DNA of 64,000 nucleotides from the NCBI RefSeq assembly GCF_964355755.1, contig NC_092674.1, positions 30,194,001 through 30,258,000 of the forward strand, given 5' to 3'. This DNA is from Antedon mediterranea (lineage: Eukaryota > Animalia > Echinodermata). Positions within the stretch are counted from its first letter, which is position 1; the number at the start of each line of letters is the position of its first letter. Both the position numbers and the translations under genes were made by a program. This document shows, piece after piece, positions 23,438 through 37,988 of this stretch. The notes beneath the pieces were generated by a model. It worked only from the letters and a program-made list of their open reading frames with translations, was not told the DNA's origin and did no database searches.

Positions 23438-23520
23438 ACCCCATACTCAGTTACCACATACTCAGGTACCCCATACTCAAGTACCCTATACTCAAGTACC
23501 CCATACTCAAGTACCTTATA
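23438..23520. repeat. 15-16-bp tandem repeat (ACCCCATACTCAAGT)
   Basis: ~5 copies. Confidence 0.75.
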
Positions 23521-24640
23521 TTAAGGTCAGTAGGCACAGAGAGTATGTCTGTTACAAAAATTAAAGACTGCTGATTTTTTATATTATTTAGAATTTAGTC
23601 AACAATATTAGAAGCCTGGATGGATCATTCGACGAGATTTGATGATTGTTAACTAACAAACCATAGACTTCACAACACACAGTGTTATTATTAAAATACT
23701 AACACTTTCCATAATGTCAACATTGACAATTTACATTGGGACTTAGACACAGGAAGTTAAGGCTTACGAACAATACAAAGTTCAACACTAGATGAAGATA
23801 TATCACTACTCCAAGAGGAAAACAAACTCTGTGTCAAAGGTCGGCTCATCGACCTGTCAACAGGTGTGGTGTCAGTGCGAAGCACTTTTTAATAAATAAT
23901 TTAAAATTATGTAAAATATAATATTAAATCAGTACCTACTCTAGTGGCCCAGTAGCTGGTATTCCATCCCCATGAGTTTATTTTGCACAAAAAAAAGCAT
24001 AAAACTTTTATAGTATAGAATAAATTCATTAGTATTTAGGGTTTTGTTGATTTGTGGGTTGTCGTTGGCCGTTGCCTGGAACTAGAATCTGCCTAAATTT
24101 TGTCAAGGAATCGATCGAGGAAGCTCGCCCCTGTACATATATTAACATGATGTAACAGCATTACGTCGCAAAAACTCTCCATTATTGTAGGCCTATGTGA
24201 CTGGCCCAAGAAGGAAAAAAAAATACTGGCCCAAGTTCTTTTTTGGAAAAGTTCATTACCCTCATAGAAACAAATATTCAAAGAAACTAAAAATTATTTT
24301 ACATGAAAAACAGCACTCCAAATTAACACATGTTTTATTGTAGAAACCAGAAATTAATTAAATAATTATAGATTCCTTGAATCAAACCAAGATTTTAATT
24401 ACTCATTTCCTAAATTGAAATAAAATAATGTGTGATTATTTATACATATCGGAACCAGCTGAAATTATTTCAACAGAAAGGAATTAAGTAATGAGAGGAT
24501 AATTCTTAAGATGGAATTTATTAAGCATTTTGATTGGACAGCAGTGTTGTTCTTGATGGATGAGCACTGCTGTGGATGCCTTCACGAAAAAGCGTGGGAA
24601 CTCTTAATCAATTTGTGTTATCATACTTCATACAATCCTC

Positions 24641-25132
24641 GTGCAATGATGGGGTGCACAATCTTGTAGCCAGGGAGTTTGAACAAACCCTCTGGCCTTT
24701 TATACCAGCATCGAAAGTGCTAGTGCAATGATGGGGTACACAAGCATGTGGCCAGGGAGTTTGAACAAACCATCTGGCCTTTTAGACCAGCATCGAAAGT
24801 GCTAGTGCAATGATGGGGTACACAAGCATGTGGCCAGGGAGTTTGAACAAACCATCTGGCCTTTTAGACCAGCATCGAAAGTGCTAGTGCAATGATGGGG
24901 TACACAAGCATGTGGCCAGGGAGTACGAACAAACCCTCTGGCCTTTTAGACCAGCATCGAAAGTGCTAGTGCAATGATGGGGTACACAAGCATGTGGCCA
25001 GGGAGTTTGAACAAACCATCTGGCCTTTTAGACCAGCATCGAAAGTGCTAGTGCAATGATGGGGTACACAAGCATGTGGCCAGGGAGTACGAACAAACCC
25101 TCTGGCCTTTTAGACCAGCATCGAAAGTGATA
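24641..25132. repeat. 82-bp tandem repeat, 6 copies
   Basis: Unit starts at 24641, 24723, 24805, 24887, 24969, 25051. Confidence 0.95.
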
Positions 25133-26796
25133 GTAAATATATCCTATATTACAGCATAGAAATATCATAGTGCTATAATATCTCTATGATTATGTGATTA
25201 GAAGTATGTTTCCATACTTATTTGATCCAAAAAAATGACTGGGGTAATAATGTTCAGCGCTTAGATGTTTGCACACCATTTGTTTCAGAACATTAGGCGC
25301 TATATAAATCCAGGATATTATTATATAGGCATATCTCAAGACAATTTTGTTCGGGTATTGTACCTACAATAGTGCAGTCAGTAATGGACCATAAGGCAGT
25401 GGGCTATCTTAAAAAGTGTTAATGAATATTCAAGAGAAGACCCGATCTTTTCCACAATTACAGTCCATATATGTGTTAAGCTTTTACATCACGTCCACCT
25501 TTGAATGGCGGATCGGGTGGTGCAGGCCTTGTTTTTCTTTAAATTGTAGGTGTGCTACAAAATTGCACTCCTCAATACATTCAGGGGAGCTATAGGTGTT
25601 TGTATTTTGGTCTGTAGAAGTTTACCAAATTTAAGTCAAAGTGCAGTTTAGGAGTGTGTTAGGTGAGTGATCGCACTCGCTCACCTCAAAAGAAAACGCC
25701 TGGTGGTGGCGGATCCAGGATTTTGAAATAAGGGACTGCATGGTTGAACAAAACATTATATTATTATCTCTATCCTTTGTATTGTTTTTGTATGAAGATG
25801 AATATGCAAAAAAGAAATGTAGGCCTATAGTACTGTATTTCTATTGTAGCTTAATTTTAGCTTTTTTCATTCAATAAAATTTAATATATTGTCATTTTAA
25901 ATATAAAAATATATGATTGTAAATATATGTATTTAATTGCTGTAACATAAAATAGTAGAGTGAGTGATTGATGGATTTGTTTCCAATAACGCCCTAGGAG
26001 TCATCATGTTCATGCTATTTATAGAATAATGTTGTATGGAGAAGAGAGCACGTAGTTTGTTTTCTGTTTGGCATTCCTTGTTTGTAAAGCAAATCTAAAA
26101 TTACCTGTAACACAAGCCTGTCAATAATGTTAACAACCTTAGGCCTTTGTACCTGTCCTTCAATCTCATCACTGTGCCTAATTAATTGCTTCCTGCCACA
26201 AATGTTGTTCAAATTAGTTGTTGTTCTGATCGTGGCGTTTCCCTGTAAACCCAACGGAATTCCTCGATCTAATCGCACAAATAACAGTATGAGAAAAATA
26301 ATAATTACGACAAACTACAAGTGTTGATGTATTTAAAAAATTAAACATTGCAAGAAACAAAGATATTATGCTTTTTGAGGTTTGCTCGTACAAGGTTAAA
26401 ACTATTAAGTGCAGACTTGAGAAAATAAGTCCTCTGAAACGGAAATAATTAATTAGTGCAAATAAAGAATATGAAGTGCATGGTATGGTGGATTTCCTCT
26501 ATGGTAGGCTGCTGTACCAAGGCTGGCATTTAATACCAAGTGATTTGCCTAAGTCAAGATAGTTAGCAAGTGCTTAAATGAAAATCTTGAATGAGAATTT
26601 TTTTATGAAACAAACTTTGTCATCTATGATTTGTTTAAATAAATTTGTGAAAATATTTGCTTAGGTAATCTTGAAAACTGACTTATGCAAATTTATTGAC
26701 CTAAAACAAAGTTAAGATGATTTTTTTTTATATAAATGTAATAATATAAACAGATGTGAATTTATTTTCTAGGGAGCAATTTTGTAAATCAAGTTG

Positions 26797-26992
26797 AACT
26801 TGAGATTAACTTATCTTGAGACTATCTTAAATTGAGATTAACTTAATTTGAGAAACATAACTTGAGATTAACTTAACTTGAGATTAACTTCATGTGAGAT
26901 TAACTTAACTTGAGATTAACTTAACTTGAGATTAACTTAACTTGAGATTAACTTAAATTGAGATTAACTTAACTAGAAATTAACTTAACTTG
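26797..26992. repeat. 16-bp minisatellite (AACTTGAGATTAACTT), ~12 copies
   Basis: Direct inspection. Confidence 0.9.
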
Positions 26993-28004
26993 TATTAGAA
27001 TACACTACCGATCAATCTGTGTGAGTTCCAAATAAACTTATATATGGTTTCAAGTGATTTTTTAAAATAAAAGAGTCAACAGTTTGTTTTAACACAATTA
27101 CCCTATTATATTATCAACATTTACAGATTAATATATTTGAACTTTTATTTTGTAAAAACTAATAAAGCAAAAAGTATTGCAAATGTCACGTTTGCATATC
27201 CAGTCTCTGATTATAATCAACTAATTAATCCGCCTTTGTTTTCATCGTTTTCCAGTCGATTTTTGTTCATTCAGTTGAAAAATCTGCAACAACAACTCTG
27301 ATGTTGAGACAAAAGTTGCAGGGTCGCCTAAAGGTGCATACACCAAGGCGAAATTTACATCAGTTAACAAACAAAAAGTAAAAATAACGCTAATTTCTAG
27401 TTTAATAAACAAGTTATTATTTCGACAGGAAGCATGCTATTGACTGAGAGGTTGGCAAACAAAATGCCCAGTCAGACAGAAGGGTTATATTATTGTTGAG
27501 TTCTAGGGCTAGAGATTTTAGGAAAACGTAGTCAGTAAACCGTGTAAAAGGTATTTTTTTTTAATAAATGGTGGTGAGATGAAGGTTATTGACTGAGGTG
27601 AAGCATACAAGCATTACACTTATTAAATCCATTTGGACACTAGCTTTCTATAAAATATATAATTGTTTACCTGTCTTTTCTGTAAATCTTAATAATAGAG
27701 CATTTATTTGTCTACTTATTTTCAATTGGAGAATGTAATCAAGCTCTGTATACTTATTTGTGCATGGAGAATGTTTAATAAGGTTCTGTTATCTAATGGA
27801 GAATGTGATAATTACTGATACTTAAAATGATATTCTTTATTTTCAATAGTAATAAAAAAAATGGAAATCCATTTGAAACTGGCATGAAATGTAAAAAAGA
27901 AAAAAAATAGATATACTATACAAATTTAAAAGATAACAACTAAATACAGTTTTGCATACTTATTTCTGCATGGAGAATATAATAATGTTCTCTGTTTCAT
28001 TAAG

Positions 28005-28131
28005 AAATGAACCCAATAACACCAAGTTGCATCGACAACTGTCACAAATGAACCCACTAACACCAAGCTGCATCGACAACTGTCACAAATGAACCCACTA
28101 ACACCAAGCTGCATCGACGACTGTCACAAAT
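28005..28131. repeat. 41-bp tandem repeat, 3 copies
   Basis: Direct inspection. Confidence 0.9.
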
Positions 28132-29831
28132 GCAGTGTAGCATTTATAATGAAAACCAGTCTTTCTCTGCACATATAACACTATGCACTTATTTAATACA
28201 TTATTTTTCAATCTTCCAATCATTCGGGGACACTGAGCCAACCTTGAATATGTTTACTTAAAGTTTTAAATTTTCTTCTTATCCTGTTTAAACTTAATAA
28301 TTGAACACCTTAGAACTCTTTACAGTAACACTGTCTTGTCACAAAAGGTTGGCACTATGAAAACATAGAAAAATCCTGAGAAAAAGTTGAACGGCCGATA
28401 AGTAAATATAGTAGGTAGTTGCTGGGGTAGGTGACACTTAACGTAACTAGGAATAAAGTCAACCTTTCCATTTACATACACCTTGGTATAAAGGTAGTTT
28501 GTAATTGAGAAAGTTAAAAAGAAAATCCTATGTTATTATTAATACTATTTAATTATTTTATTTCAAAATTCAATGTTTAATATTACTACTATATATCTAC
28601 TATTGTATTGTTAATAGATAACAAAATATATATTAAGAAAGCAATAGTGCTGGGCACTACATGTTGTACACTGATATACATTGCAATCATTAAAGTATAT
28701 TACAACAAACAAGGTCATGTTTCCTTTGTTTAAATTTATTATAGAAGAGAAAGCATACCCTTACTTTTTTGAAATTAATAAAACTTTCTTTTTGGTTTTT
28801 TTCTCTCTCCTCAATAAAGTTTTATTTAGTCAAGAAGATATTTGGGTCATAATATAGGGTGGATATGGATATCAATGGCAGCATGGAAGTGGTTTAGGTG
28901 TGAGAGAATGGGTAGCTAATGAAAGAAGTAAAATGGGTGACCGGTGGAACACTGAATGGTTACAGGTCATTTATTTAGTTAGTTGGGATGAGAAAATTAG
29001 AAGCACCCATTTATGACCATTGCATTTTGTTACAATATTGCAAGTCACTCACAATACAGCATAATATATGACATTTCCTTTAAAATAGAACGTTTGTTAC
29101 TCTGAGTGCTATTCAATTTATTAATGGCATTATTATTAATGATAAAGACATAAATATAAATTCTAAAAGTATTTTGAACAAATGAATCCAGGAAAGCAGT
29201 AAGAAGAGATATATTGTCTCTCTGAAAACAATTTTTGTTAAAATTATTTTGTTGAATATGCCATTTTATGTACAAAATTATTGTGGACTTGGCTTCTAGC
29301 CAATGTTTTGGTAATGGTATATTTTGTTTTGTTAAATTTAACCTTTTTTTTCTTTTTATAAGTGAAATCTTTATTTTTTTGTTCTAATTAAACTTTATCA
29401 AACCTATAAAATGGCCTATTCAAAGTATGATCGTCACTTTTTATGTGTTTGGTGGACAATACATCTTTAAACCAAAAACGATAAAAATATACATTTTAAA
29501 AGTTTTTTTTTTTAAGTTGATGCAGGAACCGTACAGGACTCACTCCAAGCACCATGCTTAGTTGGCCTTGGAATATTCCCATCTGAGCCTTTCTGCTTTA
29601 ATTATGCTTTTTAAATTATGAATAATTACTTATGCATACACAAATGCATGTGTTAAATTGGTTAAATTTAGCCAGGAAGTATTTTGTCATTAAGCACTTC
29701 TGGGAAAGTAATAAATCAAAGAGTTTTCCGTGAGTGTACTAATGTCCATGCCAAAAATATCATAAGCCGTTTCCTGTATAGATGACCTATTCAAAGCAAA
29801 TGTCCAATCAAGAATTATGTAACAATTATAA

Positions 29832-30028
29832 TGTTTATGTAGAGCATCTTGTGAACCTCTGAGGGTCCCTAATGATCAGCAATTGCTGGATGGATCACCC
29901 TCATTAAATATGGTGTAAAAAATGTAATAGCGAATATTGTATATATTTGTCTTGTGAACCTCTGAGGGTCCCTAATGATCAGCAATTGCTGGATGGATCA
30001 CCCTCATTAAATATGGTGTAAAAAAAAA
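29832..30028 (+). mobile_element. Two tandem 3' fragments of the same SINE/LINE tail
   Basis: CTTGTGAACCTCTGAGGGTCCCTAATGATCAGC...GATCACCCTCATTAAATATGG(T)..A-run present twice. Confidence 0.8.
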
Positions 30029-32619
30029 TATAATTGTCCATAATGTTGTACTTTTTGATATAAAATTATATAGAATTTAAGTGATAAATATCCCAATAAA
30101 AGTATATATTTTCAGATGGTATTTCCCTTCATATCTAGAATATAATTACCATTTTTCGACCTTCATCTTCCACATGGCAATTATAAATATAGTAATGATG
30201 ATTAAAATCTTTAGTTTTAAATTCAATTGTAAAATTAATTGGAGTGTAGCCTGATTATCAACAACAATCTATCTATTGATGTGTATGTCTCATTGTTAAC
30301 AACTATTAAAGATGTACTGTTCCCAAAAAAATGAAGATTAATTAAATCAGACTTTGAATAGGTTATTTTGTAGTTTTAATAAAGGTAATCACTTAAGTAA
30401 AAAAAACGTTCACTTATAAATTGACAAAATAAATGGTTAAATTCAAATAAAATAACCACTATGTAACATTAAAATGGCATATTCAACAAAATTATTTTTT
30501 TCAGGAGGAAAGTTTTAAGTGACATTGAAATGGCAGATTCAACAACAAACATTTTTTTAAATCATTTTTTCATTACAAAGTATATTTAAATATAGTTTAT
30601 TTTGAAGGAGAAAATAACTCCTTCACAATGACAGTTGCATTGATAGATTTCATAAAAGATTGATTTAGTAAAGAAGGTAAAACAAACTATTGATAATAGA
30701 ACAAACTCTGGAGGACAAACTACGTACAAAAGTGAACGGGGTTTTTGTTAACTCTATCGTGACTTCTGTCACGACTCTTTTCCGGGATTAAGCCTAAATG
30801 ATTTATTGGCCTAGCTCTTTGTGTCGTCATTCACGCATGGCATGATACATATTTCATGGAAGTTTTTTAGATTTTTTAAAGCTATAAAGCTTTTTATAGG
30901 ACCTGTTTTCCTCTGGCAACACACTTTATTTCTTAAAATAACTTAGAATATATAACTTGTATACTGGTTCTTTCATTTTTGAATTTTGTCAGCTTTTGGT
31001 GATTAAGAAAGACGACCTTTTTTTTTTTTTTTCTCAGGCTCAGCGGCCATACCAGGGCGTTGTAAAATAAGCAACTCCCTGGCCATACTAAGTGCTTCCT
31101 TGTCTTTTTAGGAAGTCACGTAAGAACATTCTCCATGGTTATAACAAACACAAACTTAAATTTTTTTGAGAAAATACACCTGGTAAAGTAAAGCAGGATC
31201 TGTGTAAACTAACGCGACACTTAACTGGAATTTCCACCTAACGTCTGTCTATTTCATCACCAAAACACACTTCTAACATCTCCGTCATATTTCACCTTAT
31301 TGTATTTTGGTTCACCGCCAGCTAACTAAAGATTGCCAGTATTAAGCAGGTATTCAGAAGTATCACGATAATTGTCACCTTCCCCAAACAATCGAATTGC
31401 AAGTAAAATGCAATGAAATAAAGATAATATTTGTTTTAATGTCATTTTAATGTTAAATAATATTTCCTTTGACAAAAATTGGATTGGATTGAAAAATAAA
31501 ATAATTACTATCTATTAATACCTTTTTAATATCTAGATATATGTTATGTATCGTTTAGGTGACCACCTCTTGTTTGTACCGATCCATTATACTAATTTTG
31601 AGTATTAAGAAACTTTTTTATAAGCTTGTACAAATGTTTTACTTGGTGCAATATTGTATTTCGATGTTTTTTAAGGGGCAACTGACTCTTTGAGTTATAG
31701 TAATTATTTTGCTTTAGTTGCCCCTGACCATTGTGCTCTGTTTCTGTTCTGTATCTGTTGTGTTTATTGGTCGAATAAATTATATGAAAAGCTCTTGTTT
31801 TGTCTACTTTTCGATCTTGGGCCGATGTTGTAAAATTGCAAACAAATCATTAATGACTGAAATCTAAAAATCTACCGTAATCATTATGCTACTTCTTGCT
31901 TAATTAACATTATGGTAGGCCTACTGTAAAATATAATACACAGTATTCTTGCCATTGGGCAGGTGGAAAGGTATTGAATTCGTACAAAACCATCGTAAAC
32001 CCAATTTAAACCTAGAGATTCTGTAGGCTCCAACAGATGAAAGAAGTTCAATACAAAAACGGAAGTCGACCATTTCGCAATAAAAAACAAATTGAACAAT
32101 TATACCTTTATCTGGTGAGGAAATGATTGAATTTTTTATTTTATTTTTAAAAATTCCAGTAGGCGCTGTTTGTCTTTGAAACTTGATTTTAAAAGGAGAT
32201 ACTATTTATAAGGTTGAATGATAATCAAACTGTCGTCTGCACAACAATACCCGCTTTCGTTATTGTATGACTTTGTATAAAACTGACTCCAAATAAAAAG
32301 GATAAAAGGTTTTGAATATTTGTATTAGTCGTCGGATGTCGTTTAATCCACGGGAGCCAATTACCAACAAATATGACAAGAAGGTGGATCGATGTTGTGG
32401 ATCCTCCTTTATAGGAAGCTATTAATCGTTTCAACCTGGTGAGCATCATGTTTTCAAAATCGACTGTCTTTCTATGGGGTTTATTCTAAAAATAAACTGT
32501 TGTCGTGCAAGATCAATGATATTTTGATAGAGTAATTTTATCACATAATAATTGAATTTTAAAAGTCGATAGTATAGTAGATTGAGAACACATAATTCTG
32601 TGCATGGCATTTTGATGTA

Positions 32620-34027
32620 AAAAATCCCTGTAGGCCTACTGTAGTACAGGGATTTTTTCGAAAAATGGCCAAAATACCAAGTGACATAAATGGTTACTAT
32701 AGCATAATAAACATGCGCAGAGGCGAATAATGGGTTCTGCGCATGTTAACTGTGCTATAGTAACCAGTTTTATCGGAAAATAAAAAGTTCGAAAATTGGC
32801 CATTTTTTTTTTTAAATCCCTGTACTATAGTACAGGGAAATTTTCGAAATATGGCCGATTTTCGACCCTTTTATTTTTTGACCTAAATGGTTACTATTGT
32901 ATAATAAACATGCGCAGAGACGAATAATGGGTTCTGCGCATGTCAATTGTGCTATAGTAACCAGTTTTGACCTAAATGGTTACTATAGCATAATAAACAT
33001 ACGCAGAGGCGAATAATGGGTTCAGCGCATGTTAATTGTGCTATAGTAACCAGTTTTATCGGAAAATAAAAAGTTCGAAAATTTGCCATTTTTTTTTTAA
33101 AATCCCTGTACTATAGTACAGGGAAATTTTCAAAAAATGGCCGATTTTCGACCCTTTTATTTTTTGACATAAATGGCATAATAAACATGCGCACAGACGA
33201 ATAATGGGTTCTGCGCATGTCAATTGTGCTATTAACCAGTTTTGACATAAATGGTTACTATAGCATAATAAACATACGCAGAGTCGACTAATGGGTTCTG
33301 CGCATGTCAATTGTGCTATACTAACCAGTTTTATCAAAAAATAAAAAGGTCGAAAATTTGCCATTTTTTTAAAAATCCTTTTACTATAGTACAGGGAAAT
33401 TTTCGAAAATTGTTTTTCATGTTTCTTGTATTTTTACTTTCGTTTTTATTCAATAATAATATCATTACGGTGTTCACATAGTCTCTCGGGGGTATAGACA
33501 ATAGTAACACACTTGTAATTGAGTGGTATTTTGATTTTTAAATTTCATATTTCTAGTTAAAATTTTTAATATCTGAATATACCATAAGGTGTATCATTCC
33601 CTAAATAGCCCAAAAAGCTAACAGTGATTTTTGAAAAATGTGTCAGTTGAGTCAGGGCAGTATAGTACAGGGATTTTGTTTGAAAAATGCCCAAAATATC
33701 AAGTTTTTAAATTTAATTATTATGTGACAATATTGCTATTTATGATCATATTTTACGTTATCATCACCTTATAGTGCATAGAAATTTGTTATGGCAAAAA
33801 ATAAAAAGGTCAAAATTTGGCCATTTTTCAAAAATATCTTTTTGAAAATTGTTAACATGTGCACATTACGTGATTCTGCGCATGCCAATTTAAAAAAAAA
33901 ATAAATAAAAGTTTTTTATTTAAAATGTCTCTGTAGGCCTACTACTTACTACTAGAGATATTTTCACAAAATTTCGACCCTTTCATTTTTCGACTTAATA
34001 ACATTTTTTTTAGCTGTGTAGGGTTAA
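32620..34027. repeat. Modular subterminal-type repeat array with palindromes
   Basis: Repeated ATGCGCAGA.G.CGAATAATGGGTTCTGCGCAT modules, CCCTGTACTATAGTACAGGG palindromes, AGGG-TTAA at the right edge. Confidence 0.7.
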
Positions 34028-37000
34028 CCTCTAGATGCCCCATCTATAATCACAGTTATTCGGTAGTTATTACCCCTGCAGTAACGGCCCACATAGTACT
34101 TTGAAGTTGCGCTTCACTCTGTGGAGCCCTTGGGCTAGCTTAACCTCTATTCATAATAATATGAGTACCTTGACTTCTATTACTGTTTGTGTAATTGTAT
34201 TGAATTCCCTTCCTTTTATTAAGCAGGTTTTATAATCACAAGAATGACATATTAAAAAAATTTAATATATTGAAAAAAGTATTAATAATTAGTAAGTTTC
34301 TGCTTATTAATAAAAATGAATTATTAGTTTAGAGGCTATTAACAAAACATGGCACCCAGACCCAGTTCTACTTTACAAATAATGATGATGGTTTAATTAT
34401 TCTACTCGTATTATTGTTATTTTTACAAATGTTCTTTTTTTAATTTGTCATTGAATGGTTGCTTTTTTACATTTTGTAAATATAGTGGAATATGCAATGT
34501 ATTATTAATTTATTGGAAATAAACATTGTTTGTTCAATGTTCAGCTTGATCTTTGTAAGAATTTATATTTATATCAGTATTAATAACTTTTTATTTGGAT
34601 TACAGCTTGCGATAAGGCTGGAATGTTTTGCTGTAGGACGAGCGACGATGTATAAAATCAGGTGTTGTGCCGGATGGAAAAGTCTCAACATCCCCATTGG
34701 CCAAATCATAATATGATCTAGTTACTTCAACTGTATCATTCTCAATTTTCATAACTAATAAGGTCACATGTCTTGACCTACAAACCAAGAGGTCAAAAGT
34801 ATGAAAACTTAATTATTTTACTCATTTTTTCACATTAATTTTGTTATGTGTATTAGTTAGGAAATGTCAAGTGGTGCGTCAGAAATTACTGTACATTTAT
34901 TTATTAAAAACTTGGCAAAATTACAGAATGCTAAATAAAATGTGTCTAGTTCAAAAGCTGTAGGCCTAATATGAAAAACATCATAAGTAAGAAAAACAAA
35001 CAAATTCTTTGTATTTCAAAAAGCAAAAGAAATGTTTACTTTTTGTCTATTTGTTGATATTTTCTTTCTATACAGTAGAACAATAAACACATGTTTGGGA
35101 CCCAACAAATTGTTCCTTTTAATATGGGCGTCACTTAAACAGAGGTTGAACACTTTGTTTAAAAAAAACATCTACTCTCATTTAATTTCATTATCTATTC
35201 AGTCTATTTCAATATATATATGAAAAAATTAAATTTGGGAGACCAGGGCCAACCTAAGTGACTTGATCACTCTATCTCTTTTATTCCTTTCACAAAAAGG
35301 TGTACCTTTAAGAAGGGTGTATTCCAAAGATACTGCAGGCATTTCCTACCAAAATGGATGCAACCATCATGGGGTAAACCAACAATTCATTTTTCTGTTA
35401 TCATAATTATGTTAAATACAACTGTTGCATCAGCGTTTTCATTTGTTGATCTCCGTGAACCCTACCAGACATTCTGGTGCTCCTATTTAATATTTCTAAC
35501 TTGTTTTACAATTTGCCGCCAATTCCTGTTGGCTTTATCATTAAATGTTGCTATATTTAGATTTTATGATTATTCTACAAATATTTCATATAATTTTTAT
35601 CAAGATAACTTCCTGTTTTATATGGTTTAAACCGATGTCACATGATAAGGTATAATCTTGATACAGATAGTTTTAACTATTGGTGTTCCTAAAAGAGAAC
35701 ATTACAGAATTGGTTTGGTCGATGTACTCAATATGTAATTAAATCCAATTTTAGGGGTAATTTGGGTGGTTATTTCTGGATCCCATAGACCATCCACATA
35801 TTCCACTTTTTCTGTTCAGGTTGCTAACCTCCTGGGCTTGCATAATGTTATGGTTTTAGAGATGATGATTTTCAGTAGGCCTAGACACATTGATGAGTGT
35901 AAAATATTGAAATACTAAAATTATTCATTATTAATATATCAATTATCTCTTTATTATATTTATTTATATAAGTCATATAAGTCTAACATCTAATGTTTTC
36001 AAGATTTAACAAAAATTAGATTACAAATATTTCAGAGTTTAGTTTTGCGTTCAGCATCAAATTGTGATAGATTTCTGAAGATGATTTTTCTTGTATCTTT
36101 TAAACAAAAATGTGCATAATGTTTGCATTCTCTATGGTTTACAACTATTGTAAGTCAAAATAAGCAAGCACTACAGAAAAAAAAGTATTATAATAGGCCT
36201 ACGATTAAAACGAAATTGAAAACATTCTTAATCATGCCATTTACTGAGTATTCTTTTATACACAATAACACAGTTTGTCCTTGCTATGAAAAAAGCAATC
36301 AATAAAACTAATAGACCACAAAACATAGGTAATTATCGACATTTTAGGTAGAATAATGAAGAGAATAATGCCCAAAACAATAAATAAGAAATCTGATTAC
36401 AAGGTAAATTAAATGTTAAAATGTAAGAAAGAAAATGTATTGTATCGACAGTATTGTGCAACACTATATAGATTTTCAGCTATGAAATTTGCCCCGGAGT
36501 GTTAAAGTTCTTTATATATTTTCTTAGCTTTTAGTGCGTACTTGTATGCCCAATGGAGCATGGGTATTAAACTTTATTCTTAGGCCTATAGTATTGTGTT
36601 GTAAGTAACGGACGTTGACTTGTAATGGGTTTTATTTTGCTTCAGGAGCGATGGTGTCAATGACCATGCTATAGCAATACTCTTAAAATAATCTCCATTT
36701 TAGGATGTGTTTCCTTCATAAAGTAAAGTCCTTCATGACTATTACCGAAAAAAACTACATCTAAACATACAAGATACTGTACACATACCATCAAGCCTTT
36801 TCCCCTTAATTCCACCTCTTTGTGGGGAGTTCCAATGATACAAAAAACAACTTTGTATGGCCAGTAGTGTATCAAGTATTTTAGAATTATTTATTACAAA
36901 TGTCACCATTACAGTACATTGACTATTACTGAAAAACACTACTGTATATTTAACAGCATACAATTTACTGTAATCATAAGATAAAGCCCTTTCCCTCTAT

Positions 37001-37813
37001 ATCTCTACCCTTAATTTCACCCAGGCTCTATAGGTAACTACAATGATACAAAACCAAACTTTTGGGAGAGGCCTGAGATCCACAAATGCTATCAAACCTT
37101 CCTAACCTCCTTAATTCCACCCCTGTTCATCCCTGCCAATATCCTAAACACTTTTCCCCTTAATGACAATGCTTTGTTATAGGTAAACTGTACTCCACAT
37201 GTTTGCCATGTGTTTCACATATAATACCTTATAATCTTAATTTCTATAAGAGAGGTGCTGGAGCATTAGTAACCCTGAAAAGTGTGTGAGAAATATGAAT
37301 TTACTTAAACCACTATACTCATGCTTCAACAAAGGCATATTTGCATATTACACCTTGTAAGATGGGTTTTAAATCAAATTAATTATAATCAATTAACTTC
37401 AGGAAATAATTAACTTATGTCTACATGCTTGATTGATCAAAAGTAATTAAAAGACCATTCAAGTAAAGAAATGTATTGAAAGTTCACTTCCGTAACAAGC
37501 GACAAAATTATAAATAGATCTATCAGAAACAATAATGATACATTTCTACAAACTGGTTTTAGGAAGCATGCCTTAAATGCATACTTTAAACTATTATATA
37601 AACATTATATTATATAATGTTTATTCCATAGAAATACAAAAATAGACAATAATACTTGGCACACACATTGAAACAAAGGATAACAACAAGCAGATGATGT
37701 GTCATTCATTCATAAACTATAAAATTTTAAAGCGACTGAAATTGAAATGTTGAACTGGTTATGTCCCAATGCTCCAACAGTACCAGTACTTTATCAACAT
37801 GTACAATAAACTT

Positions 37814-37988
37814 AAGCTAGGACTCAACACAAGGATGTTCAGTTAGCGCGCAGCAACGCAAGTAATTTGACCAATCACTACTATGATGATTTATCGCATA
37901 ATGATTGGTCAAATTACTTGCGTTGTCCCATGGAGTAATGGTTGCCCTCACTTCTTGTATTGCATCAACCCTAGTGGGAACCAAGCTT
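37814..37988. mobile_element. MITE family B copy, degenerate
   Basis: GCAACGCAAG..TTGACCAATCAC core; CTAGTGGGAACCAAGCTT end. Confidence 0.7.

Noticed and set aside
24641-25132. CRISPR-like appearance of the regular arrays (also 40734-41109 and 44238-44552)
   Set aside because: Units are contiguous near-identical repeats with no unique spacers, no cas genes, eukaryotic context
31550-31785. LINE 3' tail (GGGGCAACT...AGTTGCCCC hairpin then AATAAA); similar L2/SINE-like tail at 25250-25325
   Set aside because: Plausible, but single copies with no readable RT ORF, so not supportable as features
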